DNA of 63,670 bases, the filler included, from Myxococcota bacterium (lineage in GTDB: Bacteria > Myxococcota_C > UBA6777), in NCBI GenBank assembly GCA_023150835.1. It is 3 parts of 3 records of this genome, joined end to end, with 100 filler letters (N's around TTAATTAATTAA, not from the genome) between each part and the next. Parts side by side here need not be neighbours in the genome. Positions count along the whole stretch, not along the records: positions 22,083 to 44,033 come from JAKLKB010000121.1; 2 more parts are not named here. The stretch is one strand, 5' to 3'. Positions 25,420 to 34,521 of this stretch are shown here, one piece after another (position 1 is the first letter of the stretch; every line of letters begins with the position of its first letter). The notes under the pieces are model-generated. The model saw only the letters and a list, made by a program, of their open reading frames with translations, was not told the origin of the DNA and did no database searches. Position numbers and translations under genes: made by a program.

Positions 25420-27330
25420 ATGCAGCGCTTTGTTTGGTTGCTTTTGCTATGTGGGGCGTTGGTTTTCGTTCAATGCGATGGCCGCTCTCCCACCGAAAAA
25501 AACGAAGATCCAGAATCCACCCAAGAGATCGCACAACAAGAAGCCCCCAACGACGGCTCTCCACAAGACACCCCACAAGAGCTCACCTCTTCCGAAGAGC
25601 GTCAAGTCGAGACGCTTCCGACAGAATCCCTCCCCACCGACACATCTCCCCAAGATTCACCCACCACCGAAACGACGCCCGAAACCTCCGAACCTAGGCC
25701 CGAATCCACTCCCTCCGAAGGGAGCGCTGAACCAACGCCCGAGAGATCTCCCGAACGGACAGCAGAAACCACGCCTGAGATATCCCCCGACCAAAGCATT
25801 CTTATCCCGGGCGATCCCGGCCAAGGCGATATCGCCATCGAGATCCACAGCCAACGCGATCGCAAACCGATATCTCCTTACATCTACGGCACAAACCAAC
25901 CCGACTGGCAAGGCAAGTCCCGCAATCTCACCTTGATGCGCCTCGGAGGAAATCGCTGGACCGCGTACAACTGGGAAAACAACGCATCCAACGCAGGTTC
26001 CGATTACTTTCATCAAAACGACGGATACCTCGGCGGTGGCGATACCCCGGGAGAAGCGGTGCGCAGCCATGTCCAAAAAGCCCACCAAGCGGGCGCTTCT
26101 GCGATCGTCACCATCCCCATCGTCGGCTATGTCTCCGCCGACAAAACTCCCCAAGGCGATGTCCAAAACACCCCCAACTATCTCCAAAGCCGTTTCCATC
26201 CCTCCCTCCCACAAAAAGGGGCCGCTTTTTCCCTTCCTCCCAGCAAAACAGACAACAAAGTCTATCAGGACGAATTTGTCCATTGGCTCAACAAGACTTT
26301 TCCGAATGCCACGACGGACCCCACGCGCACGCTGTTTTACTCCCTCGACAACGAGCCTGATCTGTGGTCACACACACACGCACGCATCCATCCAAACCCC
26401 GTATCTTACGCAGAGATCGTGCAAAAGGCCGTAGATTACGCCAAAGGCATCAAGGCTGTTGTTCCCACAGCGCTCGTCTTTGGGCCTGTCAACTATGGAT
26501 GGATGGGCTATGTCAATCTCCAAGATGCACCCGATGCCCGTCAACACGGAGATTTTCTCGATTACTATCTCAAAGAGCTACAAAAAGCCCATCAGCAGGC
26601 AGGAAAGCGACTGCTTGATGTCCTTGATGTGCATTGGTATCCCGAAGCACGCGGAACGCAGCGCATCACCGAAGACACCACAGACACCGCCAACGCCAAC
26701 GCACGCATCCAAGCCCCCCGCTCTTTGTGGGATCCCAACTACCAAGAACAAAGCTGGATCACCCAAGTCATCCAACAACCCATCCGCCTTCTTCCCCGTC
26801 TGATGGACAAGATCAACGCCTCTTATCCCGGAACCAAACTCGCCATCACCGAGTATTATTACGGCGGGGGGGCGCACATCTCAGGGGCGCTCGCGCAAGC
26901 CGATGTCCTCGGCATCTTCGGAAAATACGGCCTATTCGCGGCCACTCTCTGGGAGCTTGGTCAAACCGATCACCGCGCCATCTACGCCGCTTTTGCCTCG
27001 TATCGCAACTTCGACGGAAACAACGGGCGTTTCGGCGATATCTCGATCTTTTCGCAAACGTCCAATACAACGGACTCTTCGGTGTATGCCAGTACCGACG
27101 CCAACAACCCCGACCGCATGGTCTTTGTGATCCTCAACAAGACCACCCGCACACTTACCGCAAGCATCAAGATATCCCACACCTCGGCCTTCCAAAAAGC
27201 CCTTGTCTACAGGCTCGAAGGCACCTTGACCGCCCCCACCGCAAGCCCCACCCTCTCCCTTTCCACCACCAACGCCTTTCTCTTATCTCTGCCCGCCCGA
27301 AGTATCCTCACCGTCCTAATGCAAAAATAA
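25420..27330 (+). CDS. Glycoside hydrolase family 44 (endoglucanase/xyloglucanase), secreted or lipoprotein with Pro/Thr/Glu-rich linker
   Basis: ISPYIYGTN, RLGGNRWTAYNWENNASNAGSDY, LDNEPDLW..TH..IHP, LDVLDVHWYPE, YPGTKLAITEY. Confidence 0.92.
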   Translation: MQRFVWLLLLCGALVFVQCDGRSPTEKNEDPESTQEIAQQEAPNDGSPQDTPQELTSSEERQVETLPTESLPTDTSPQDSPTTETTPETSEPRPESTPSEGSAEPTPERSPERTAETTPEISPDQSILIPGDPGQGDIAIEIHSQRDRKPISPYIYGTNQPDWQGKSRNLTLMRLGGNRWTAYNWENNASNAGSDYFHQNDGYLGGGDTPGEAVRSHVQKAHQAGASAIVTIPIVGYVSADKTPQGDVQNTPNYLQSRFHPSLPQKGAAFSLPPSKTDNKVYQDEFVHWLNKTFPNATTDPTRTLFYSLDNEPDLWSHTHARIHPNPVSYAEIVQKAVDYAKGIKAVVPTALVFGPVNYGWMGYVNLQDAPDARQHGDFLDYYLKELQKAHQQAGKRLLDVLDVHWYPEARGTQRITEDTTDTANANARIQAPRSLWDPNYQEQSWITQVIQQPIRLLPRLMDKINASYPGTKLAITEYYYGGGAHISGALAQADVLGIFGKYGLFAATLWELGQTDHRAIYAAFASYRNFDGNNGRFGDISIFSQTSNTTDSSVYASTDANNPDRMVFVILNKTTRTLTASIKISHTSAFQKALVYRLEGTLTAPTASPTLSLSTTNAFLLSLPARSILTVLMQK

Positions 27331-27453
27331 CGGCTATCGGGACTTTTTGACGATAGCGGCTATCGGGACTTTTTGACGACGACGGGGGTTGGGATGGTTT
27401 TTGTGGGGTGTTGCCCCGTCATACGATCTCCGCGTAAGGTATGATCGCATGAT

Positions 27454-27510
27454 GTAGGGGCGGTTCGCGAACCGCCCGATTCTTGGGCAGCCACGGGGGG
27501 TTGCCCCTAC
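27454..27510. repeat. Inverted pair of GTAG-type REPs (REPIN-like)
   Basis: GTAGGGGCGGTTCGCGAACCGCCC (27454-27477) and GGGCAGCCACGGGGGGTTGCCCCTAC (27485-27510). Confidence 0.85.
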
Positions 27511-27588
27511 CTTTTTACGATCACACAACGGGCGGATTTCGTATAACCTACAAATCATCGGGACTTTTGGAGGGTGGGATGGTTTTTG

Positions 27589-27711
27589 TGGGGTTTTACC
27601 CCACGCCCCACAAGGGAGCGCGGCTCCCTTGACCCCGTATTGGCGGAGCGAATCGTCGTTTTTCAAACCAACGGCGGCTCCGCTTGAGGCAGCGCGAACA
27701 CGGGGGGTTTT
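27589..27711 (+). repeat. Family A element, copy 4
   Basis: TGGGGTTTTACCCC...CAAGGGAGCGCGGCTCCCTTGACCCCGTATTGGCG...CGAACACGGGGGGTTTT. Confidence 0.85.
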
Positions 27712-27737
27712 GTCAACAGCGTCGCTCCGAAAAGGGC

Positions 27738-28274
27738 TTAACGAGAAGAGGCGGGTGGATGAGGTGGAGTGGATGGGGTAGATGGAGTGGATGGAGTGGA
27801 TGGAGTGGATGGAGTGGATGACCATCCTACGTACACAGCACCGACCACCAAAAGAACCAGACTCGCGATCCAAACATACACTGCCGGCCCAAAAGAAACG
27901 GGTCCGTAATAGCTTGTGGCTGCTTCATTTTTTGGGATACGTTGGTTCACCAGCGCAAATGTATGAAACGAGATCCCGACGCCCACCAAGCCCAAGATCG
28001 CCGCCAACAACCAGCGGCGGAAAAACAAAGACAGCATCGCAAACCCGTAAAAGACATTTGCAAACCAACCGAACTGCCCCACAAAAGAACCCATCCATCC
28101 GAACCCCAAGAGCAACCCGCCAAAAAAGACTTCGGGCCGTTTCTCCGCGAACGTGAGGGCGGGAAGCGAACAAGCCAAGACAAACAACGCAAGGCTCGCC
28201 CAGACGACGGTTCGGTGGGGTGTGCTTGGTTTATTTGGGGCGGGGGAATGGCTTTGCATAGGTTGGGTTTGCAT
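27738..28274 (-). CDS. Hypothetical four-TM membrane protein with (STP)n tail
   Basis: Hydrophobic helices, a WFAN motif, and a tail encoded by a 9-bp repeat at 27763-27820. Confidence 0.65.
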   Translation of the reverse strand: MQTQPMQSHSPAPNKPSTPHRTVVWASLALFVLACSLPALTFAEKRPEVFFGGLLLGFGWMGSFVGQFGWFANVFYGFAMLSLFFRRWLLAAILGLVGVGISFHTFALVNQRIPKNEAATSYYGPVSFGPAVYVWIASLVLLVVGAVYVGWSSTPSTPSTPSTPSTPSTPPHPPASSR

Positions 28275-28334
28275 GACAAGGTTCCTTTCGCTTTTTGTTT
28301 CTTCTTGCTGCTCACAAAATAACAGAATTGCACA

Positions 28335-30380
28335 TCACTCCGCGATGGCTTTTAACAAGGCATCTCTCGCATCCGAATAAAACTGGATATCGATCTTTGT
28401 CGCCATCTCGTCGGAAAGGTCGAACAGTTGCCGCCGACAGGAGACTGGCATCAATAGGGCTGTGGCTCCTTTCTCCACCGCGATCTCCGCGAGCGTCACA
28501 GGCTGATGGATCGGCTCCATCGAACCACCCAGATTCATCTCGCCCACGAGGATTAAGCCACCCTTCACACTTTTTTTCAACAACGCTGTACACAACGCCA
28601 GAAGCGCTGCAACTCCCACCTTGGCACCAGACTTGGACGCGTCAAAAGCCCGAAGCTGTACCGTAAATTCGTGCTGGCGCGGATCTTTGTCTCCCACCAA
28701 TTGTTTTGCGCGGGCATACAGATTCTGCTCTGCGTAGCTTATGCTCTCCTTAAAAGCCGGTGGAATCGGCTTGTTCAAGATCTTAACACCTGCGCCCGGG
28801 CCTTCGTTGACCTCGATGCGGTAGAGTCCGGCATGTTCTTCGCCACCCCCCGGCGAAAGTGTCCACACCTGACCGGGTTCCAATGGATCGCTCCCAATAC
28901 TGTTTTCGCTTTGTAATTCAGGTGTCGAAACAAATTTTTCCACACCATCCGCCCCCATCACATAACTAAAGTGCGTGTTGCGAAACTCCGCAGCACCGAT
29001 GCGTTTCTGCTGCTCTTTGACCCTCCGACGAGACTCCATCCCAATACGAACAGCCCATTCGAGATCTTCGTCCTGCACCTCCCCACCTCCCGGATACAAT
29101 AGCTTCAACAAACCACTCACCGTTTTGTTCACAGCATTTGTATCACGACCAGAAAGAGCACCTCCAAAAAACACGCGATTTTGAAGTACACTTACACGAC
29201 TTTGATTACGAAGTTGGCTCCAACACTCTGATAAAAAATCACTCACCAAACCAAAATGTGACGTCAACAAATCTCTGCTAATCTTGGGCACATCCCAGCC
29301 CGGCAAAAAGGCATGGATTCGATCCATAAATGCCGTATCGTCCTTCATCTCCGATGGCATCGGGCCGAAAAGATGCCCTATTCTTTGTTGGTGTTCCACA
29401 TCCACTTCAAAATTGCCGACAAGCACGATACTTCCATCCGCACGAATGCTTTCTTTCCCTCGGCTAAACTCTCCCGACTCCATGTAGCCCTTCATAATAT
29501 TTACGCCGTCTTTTTGATCGAAAGAAACGCCTGAAACTTCATCAAAACAAACCACGTCGTATTGGCAAACCAAACCACGCTGGCCTGTTGCATTGTTCAC
29601 AAACATCCGAGCAACAGTCGCTTTTCCTCCAGATATCAAGTGCGAATAAGGAGATATCTGTTGAAAAAGATGACTTTTCCCTGTCCCTCTTGGCCCCAAT
29701 TCAACGAGGTTGTAATTCCGCTCCACAAAAGGAACCATCCGCAAAAGCAACGCATCTCGTTGTCGCTCAGACAATATCGTCGGCTCTATCCCAACAGATC
29801 GCAATAAGAAATCTTTCCATTCCGCTGTGGTAAATGCTTTTCGAGCCTTTTCCAACACATCCAATACATCCCGCCGAGACAGTTGGATCTCTCTCAAAGA
29901 TTCGACACCAAAGGGTCTTCCTCGGCTTTCCTGTGCAATCGAAGCATCATAACAAAGTCGGATCTCGGCGTAAAAACCACCCGTAAGCATCCGCTCGTGT
30001 TCATTGACCAACGAGGGAGCGATTCGCACATCGTTCAAACGTAGGCTTGGCAAAGTCGCGATGTACGAATCTGTCCTTGCATCCAAACGGGCCGTGATCA
30101 GATCAATGACTTTGACCTCGCCATTTTCTCGCGCACGTGCCTTAAAGAGTTCTTCTTCCCCCGCCTTGACGGTTCGCGATTTGAGCTGCCGTTGAACCAC
30201 CTCCAAGCCTTCGTCGATCTCGTCTTGTTGAATGCTCGCACAATAACGCCCCAACAAAAATTCGACCACATAGGTTGGCACAGGAAACTGGCGGCTAAAC
30301 GTCCGAACAAGATCTTTCCGCACCAAGTACCCCTCCAGAAAGGAGGCCGCTTTTCTGTCGATGTCATCCAGCTCGATCAT
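28335..30380 (-). CDS. brxL: BREX Lon-like AAA+ protein BrxL
   Basis: PTYVVEFLLGRYC, ELGPRGTGKS, FDEV, MKGYMESGEFSRG, DTAFMDRIH, LSGRD; Lon-like C-terminal domain; last gene of the operon. Confidence 0.92.
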   Translation of the reverse strand: MIELDDIDRKAASFLEGYLVRKDLVRTFSRQFPVPTYVVEFLLGRYCASIQQDEIDEGLEVVQRQLKSRTVKAGEEELFKARARENGEVKVIDLITARLDARTDSYIATLPSLRLNDVRIAPSLVNEHERMLTGGFYAEIRLCYDASIAQESRGRPFGVESLREIQLSRRDVLDVLEKARKAFTTAEWKDFLLRSVGIEPTILSERQRDALLLRMVPFVERNYNLVELGPRGTGKSHLFQQISPYSHLISGGKATVARMFVNNATGQRGLVCQYDVVCFDEVSGVSFDQKDGVNIMKGYMESGEFSRGKESIRADGSIVLVGNFEVDVEHQQRIGHLFGPMPSEMKDDTAFMDRIHAFLPGWDVPKISRDLLTSHFGLVSDFLSECWSQLRNQSRVSVLQNRVFFGGALSGRDTNAVNKTVSGLLKLLYPGGGEVQDEDLEWAVRIGMESRRRVKEQQKRIGAAEFRNTHFSYVMGADGVEKFVSTPELQSENSIGSDPLEPGQVWTLSPGGGEEHAGLYRIEVNEGPGAGVKILNKPIPPAFKESISYAEQNLYARAKQLVGDKDPRQHEFTVQLRAFDASKSGAKVGVAALLALCTALLKKSVKGGLILVGEMNLGGSMEPIHQPVTLAEIAVEKGATALLMPVSCRRQLFDLSDEMATKIDIQFYSDARDALLKAIAE

Positions 30381-32728
30381 CTCTCACCTCCACCCACGCT
30401 CGATGCGACCTGCGCAACAAGCACTCCCTTTGCATCCAATAGAACGACCTCAACGTGTCGCCCTTCCAGATCTTCATCCTCCACAACCACAGACGCCTTC
30501 CCATCCGCGTTGGGTGGCTTCTTGGCTCCGACGATTACGCTCGACGATGGAGATCCTGCGTGGCTGCGGATATCCAAGAATAAATCTTTATACTCACCTT
30601 CGACAGTGACGTTACATCGTAAGTTTTTCCATTGTACCTCGCGAAATCGAACGAATGTCTTTGTTTGCATAGACGTACCGTGTGTAACCGTCAAATGCGA
30701 TAGCAAGCATTCTTGTAAGCTTAAGCCACCATGCGCATATTCTTCACCTTTTTTAAAGCAGCTTACCCCATCCGCAAGCGCAAAAAACTGGTGCGGATCC
30801 CAAAACCAAGGATAAAGCCGCTCTTTTGTTGAACTTCCCGACTTCAAAGAAGCACAGCGCCCCCATTTGTTTTCCGTGAGGACGCTCGGTAGCTCTATCT
30901 TCGGCAAGCCCCCCGGCAACAAAAGCCACCCGTGATCCGTGACGACTCGAACACGCTTCCAACCCGCAGCCAAAAGCTCGGCGATGCGCTCCCTGATCTC
31001 TTGCACCAGCCCCCCAACGTGCTTGGCGAGTTTCCAACCACGTTCATGTCCCTCGTGATCGATATCCCCCACTTCGCACCATGCCATCCCTTGACCATCG
31101 CCGCTCGCTGTGCGCGCAATGATCGACCATCCCGCGTCCGTCAACAGCTTTTTGAGAGGCTGACCACCTTTCAATGACTGGCCTGTCTGCGCGACAACAG
31201 GCTCAAAGTCGGGCGTGTTCTCGCGCCCTTGGATCTTGTCCCGAACGGGGCTGACCGCCGCTTTCCCTGTCGCGGTGACGCTCGGTAAAGCTGCCCAAAC
31301 CAACTCTTCCGAAACATCGAACCCATCGGCCTGTAATGATTCAACCAAACGTTTTCCTACATCAAAACGCAGCCCATCCACAAACAACACACAGTCGCCG
31401 TCGCAGTATTCAATGGCTCTTTTTGCCTGATCCCCTGCACCTAAATAAGAAGATTGTTCAACGATTTTTTGAAGATAACGAGCAGACTCTTCCAACCAAG
31501 GCAGGTACACAGAGCGAATCGCGGCCTTCACCGCGTCAACGTCAGCAGCGCGCTCGACGTGCGCCAAGGCCCGAAGCATCGCGTCATCGACCCGCCATCC
31601 AAAAGCGCGATAGCCCGCGACGATATCGTCGATGGTTCCTGCTGCAAGGCTTGTTTTTGTCAGCTCAGCGATGGCCGCCAGATGTTCCAATGCACAAGCC
31701 AACGGCGCTTCCTCAATCTCGGCCCATACCCAAGAGCGCCTGCGTCCGTGGGTGTTCTCCTGATCGAGGATCTGCTGTCGTGCACGGTGCGGCGGTTCAT
31801 TCGCAAGCCGCAACAAATCCTGACGCAGACTGTTCTCTTGTTCTTTGTTCCACTGCGGCCAACCTTCGACAACCTTTTCATCTGAAAAAAGGTCGACTTT
31901 CGGCATCAGACAATTTCCAATCAATTTGGGGATATTTAGATAACGCTGGGGTGCTTCGCGGTAGCGTTCCCACACCGCTTGCCACGGCCCCTCGTGCTTT
32001 GCAAGTTGGGTGCATCCAGATAAAATGCCCTTGCTATCGGGATCAAAACCAAAATGGGACTGACAGAGTCCGCCAAAAGCCTTCCATTCGTTGTCATCGC
32101 GGCTTCCTTTCCATGCATCACCGAGATCAAGCCATTGCAGCACGTCACGCATCAAGTCCCCACCTGCCAGCAACGTGTTGAAATCGTCCTTGTCAAGGCG
32201 CTTTCCTTTCAACCGCGAGATCTCTTCGTCCAAAACTCGGTGAACTGCAAGCCGCATCGCGCTCTTGGTGTCATTGTCTTGGGCCACGTCCAACCCAAGC
32301 CCACCGTCCCCGGATTTGAGATACGCCAAGATCGTCCAGTCTTTCGAATTAATCTGAGACCAGATCACGCCTCGGTATTGAAGCTCCGCAAGTGGTTTCA
32401 AGTGCGCTGGGCAAGTCTCGATGGCTCTAAGATCTTGGCGGCTGACGCCGGGTAGGTAAAAGATCGGAGGCCGTTCTTTGGGCCAAGATATCTCTGGAAT
32501 CCGAGCGGCAACAACACAACGCAACCAGATCGCAGGCCCTTTGCGCTGTTCTGGCGCATAGTCCCCCAAAACCATCAATTCGGGAATTTGGCTCTGTAAG
32601 ACAGGGATGACAGGCTCCCATTGACGGTCGTGATCCGTCCAAAGAATACAAGCCGGAGCCACCTGCACTTCTGGATTGAAGACGGCAGCACCACGAATCG
32701 CTTCAACGAGGCTATCCATCACCCTCAC
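30377..32728 (-). CDS. pglZ: BREX alkaline-phosphatase-fold protein PglZ (type B)
   Basis: ILWTD, GPAIWLRC, FVDGLRFD, LPSVTATGK, DIDHEGH, VTDHGWL, YAHGGLSLQE. Confidence 0.92.
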   Translation of the reverse strand: MRVMDSLVEAIRGAAVFNPEVQVAPACILWTDHDRQWEPVIPVLQSQIPELMVLGDYAPEQRKGPAIWLRCVVAARIPEISWPKERPPIFYLPGVSRQDLRAIETCPAHLKPLAELQYRGVIWSQINSKDWTILAYLKSGDGGLGLDVAQDNDTKSAMRLAVHRVLDEEISRLKGKRLDKDDFNTLLAGGDLMRDVLQWLDLGDAWKGSRDDNEWKAFGGLCQSHFGFDPDSKGILSGCTQLAKHEGPWQAVWERYREAPQRYLNIPKLIGNCLMPKVDLFSDEKVVEGWPQWNKEQENSLRQDLLRLANEPPHRARQQILDQENTHGRRRSWVWAEIEEAPLACALEHLAAIAELTKTSLAAGTIDDIVAGYRAFGWRVDDAMLRALAHVERAADVDAVKAAIRSVYLPWLEESARYLQKIVEQSSYLGAGDQAKRAIEYCDGDCVLFVDGLRFDVGKRLVESLQADGFDVSEELVWAALPSVTATGKAAVSPVRDKIQGRENTPDFEPVVAQTGQSLKGGQPLKKLLTDAGWSIIARTASGDGQGMAWCEVGDIDHEGHERGWKLAKHVGGLVQEIRERIAELLAAGWKRVRVVTDHGWLLLPGGLPKIELPSVLTENKWGRCASLKSGSSTKERLYPWFWDPHQFFALADGVSCFKKGEEYAHGGLSLQECLLSHLTVTHGTSMQTKTFVRFREVQWKNLRCNVTVEGEYKDLFLDIRSHAGSPSSSVIVGAKKPPNADGKASVVVEDEDLEGRHVEVVLLDAKGVLVAQVASSVGGGER

Positions 32729-34521
32729 GCGCTCACTCCCCTCAAATGAAACAATTGGATGGCTTGCTCGACGAGCTTTTGTGTTCTCTCGTCGATCTGC
32801 GCTGCGCTCCAGTCTGTCGCATTGGCCAGATCTTCATTGAGCCGAAGCCCGTTTTTGTAGCCGATCGGAAGACCTTGTTTGTCTGTACGATCACGTTTTT
32901 CTTCAAAGTCTTTGTTTCCAAGCGCACTGTTGAAACCAGAAATCGTTAAATTACCTAATTTGTGAACGTGTGTTTGTTGGATCTCTTTTGCTTTTTTTTC
33001 ATCACCATCGGCTATCCGATGAATCCACGACTGGGGTATGTTTTCTCCTTGCGGGAAGATATGTTCGATTGTCCACACAAACAACTTTCCGTCCATCCGC
33101 CACAGATCCACCCACGTTTCTCGCGTCATGCCTTGCTCTGCCAACGCACACAACACAAAGCGCGCAACCCATGCATTTTCCTCGTAGATCGGCCCTTCCA
33201 ATTTTTGCCGAAAGAGTTCGTCCGAGGCGGAAACGGAAGCCAATTGTTGCTCGATAAACGATATCAGCGCGCTTCCTTGCAAGTCGCCGATCTTGTCCAA
33301 CATGGACATAAAAAAACGGGTCAGATCCCGTGTTGGCGGTGTATCGGTCAGATTGCGTCGAACAAAAAAACGCACCAAAGCATTCGTGATCTCCGCAATC
33401 TCTGTACTGCCCACCTGCAACTTTTCTCTGTGAACCAACAAGAACAACAGCAACAAATACGCTGGAGCGGCTTGGATGCGATCAAGGTCTTTGAGCGGCT
33501 TTTCCAAAACAGCAAGTTCTTCGTCGTGCGTGCGCGTAAGCAACAACGAGTACAAACGACCCGCCGCACAAAGCCGCAACAAGCTCTCTTTCGCGTTTTC
33601 ATGAATGAGTTTTTCGTAGATCTGAATCAGGTTTGAGCGCGTTGCAATAGGAACATGGATCACAGATTTGAGTTCATTTTTGAAAGCGTTGTAGTACTGC
33701 CGAAAAAATCGCTCTTGGATTGCGTAATCATCCCCCAAATCCGCAAGCAATTTGCTCCAAAAACCGAAATAATGGTCGACTTGTCCCGGCTCAACGGACT
33801 CCAATCTCGCCAAAAGTTTGTTTTTGATCAAGTCGATGGCGGTCAGCGGCATCCCACGATTGTTCAAAGACTCAAACAGGGTATAAGCATCCGAATGGCT
33901 AAACACCTCAATCTTTACAAGACAAGCGTGGTTGATCTTTCCCAAAAAGTCGATCACGTTCTTGATCGACGCTCCTTGTTCTTGAAGCATCTGATGCAGG
34001 CGTTCTTGAAAATACCGATATGCACGAAAGAGCTTGCGGCGCGAGGCGTACGCTGGCAGAGCAAAGGGATCCATGACACCGCTATCGCCCAAGACAGCGC
34101 GATAATCGTCGTGGTTGTTATTTTGGATCTGAGGAACCAAACGCATCTGTTGCGGGCTTTCGCGCAAAATCAATTTACGTTTTAAGTTCATCAATTCCCA
34201 ACGCTGATAGTCATCCAAAGCAGATTCTTGGCTTTTGAGAACTTGATACAGGGCCGCGAACAACAACGAAAGTGTTGTCATCCGTTGTTGACCATCCACG
34301 ATCTCCAGCTTTTGCACAGCGAGTGCGTCCGTTGTTTGATTGATGCAGATGATCGATCCGAGAAAATAACCCGGATCATTTTCCAACGCATCGTCAAACA
34401 ACGCTTCCCATTGTGTCTTGCCCCATGTGTATTCGCGTTGGTAGCGCGGGATCGCATACACGATCCTCGCTTCGATGTCGAAAAGCTGTGAGATCGGATA
34501 ATTGTTGACGGAGCGGATCAT
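32725..34521 (-). CDS. GmrSD-like DUF262 + DUF1524 (HNH) nuclease
   Basis: IPRYQREYTW, VDGQQR, FESLNNRG..L...DLIKN (DUF262); TIEHIFPQ...LGNLT...N (DUF1524). Confidence 0.92.
   Translation of the reverse strand: MIRSVNNYPISQLFDIEARIVYAIPRYQREYTWGKTQWEALFDDALENDPGYFLGSIICINQTTDALAVQKLEIVDGQQRMTTLSLLFAALYQVLKSQESALDDYQRWELMNLKRKLILRESPQQMRLVPQIQNNNHDDYRAVLGDSGVMDPFALPAYASRRKLFRAYRYFQERLHQMLQEQGASIKNVIDFLGKINHACLVKIEVFSHSDAYTLFESLNNRGMPLTAIDLIKNKLLARLESVEPGQVDHYFGFWSKLLADLGDDYAIQERFFRQYYNAFKNELKSVIHVPIATRSNLIQIYEKLIHENAKESLLRLCAAGRLYSLLLTRTHDEELAVLEKPLKDLDRIQAAPAYLLLLFLLVHREKLQVGSTEIAEITNALVRFFVRRNLTDTPPTRDLTRFFMSMLDKIGDLQGSALISFIEQQLASVSASDELFRQKLEGPIYEENAWVARFVLCALAEQGMTRETWVDLWRMDGKLFVWTIEHIFPQGENIPQSWIHRIADGDEKKAKEIQQTHVHKLGNLTISGFNSALGNKDFEEKRDRTDKQGLPIGYKNGLRLNEDLANATDWSAAQIDERTQKLVEQAIQLFHLRGVSA

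Noticed and set aside
28335..30380. Housekeeping Lon protease
   Set aside because: No Lon N-domain or DGPSAG motif; motifs and context identify BrxL.
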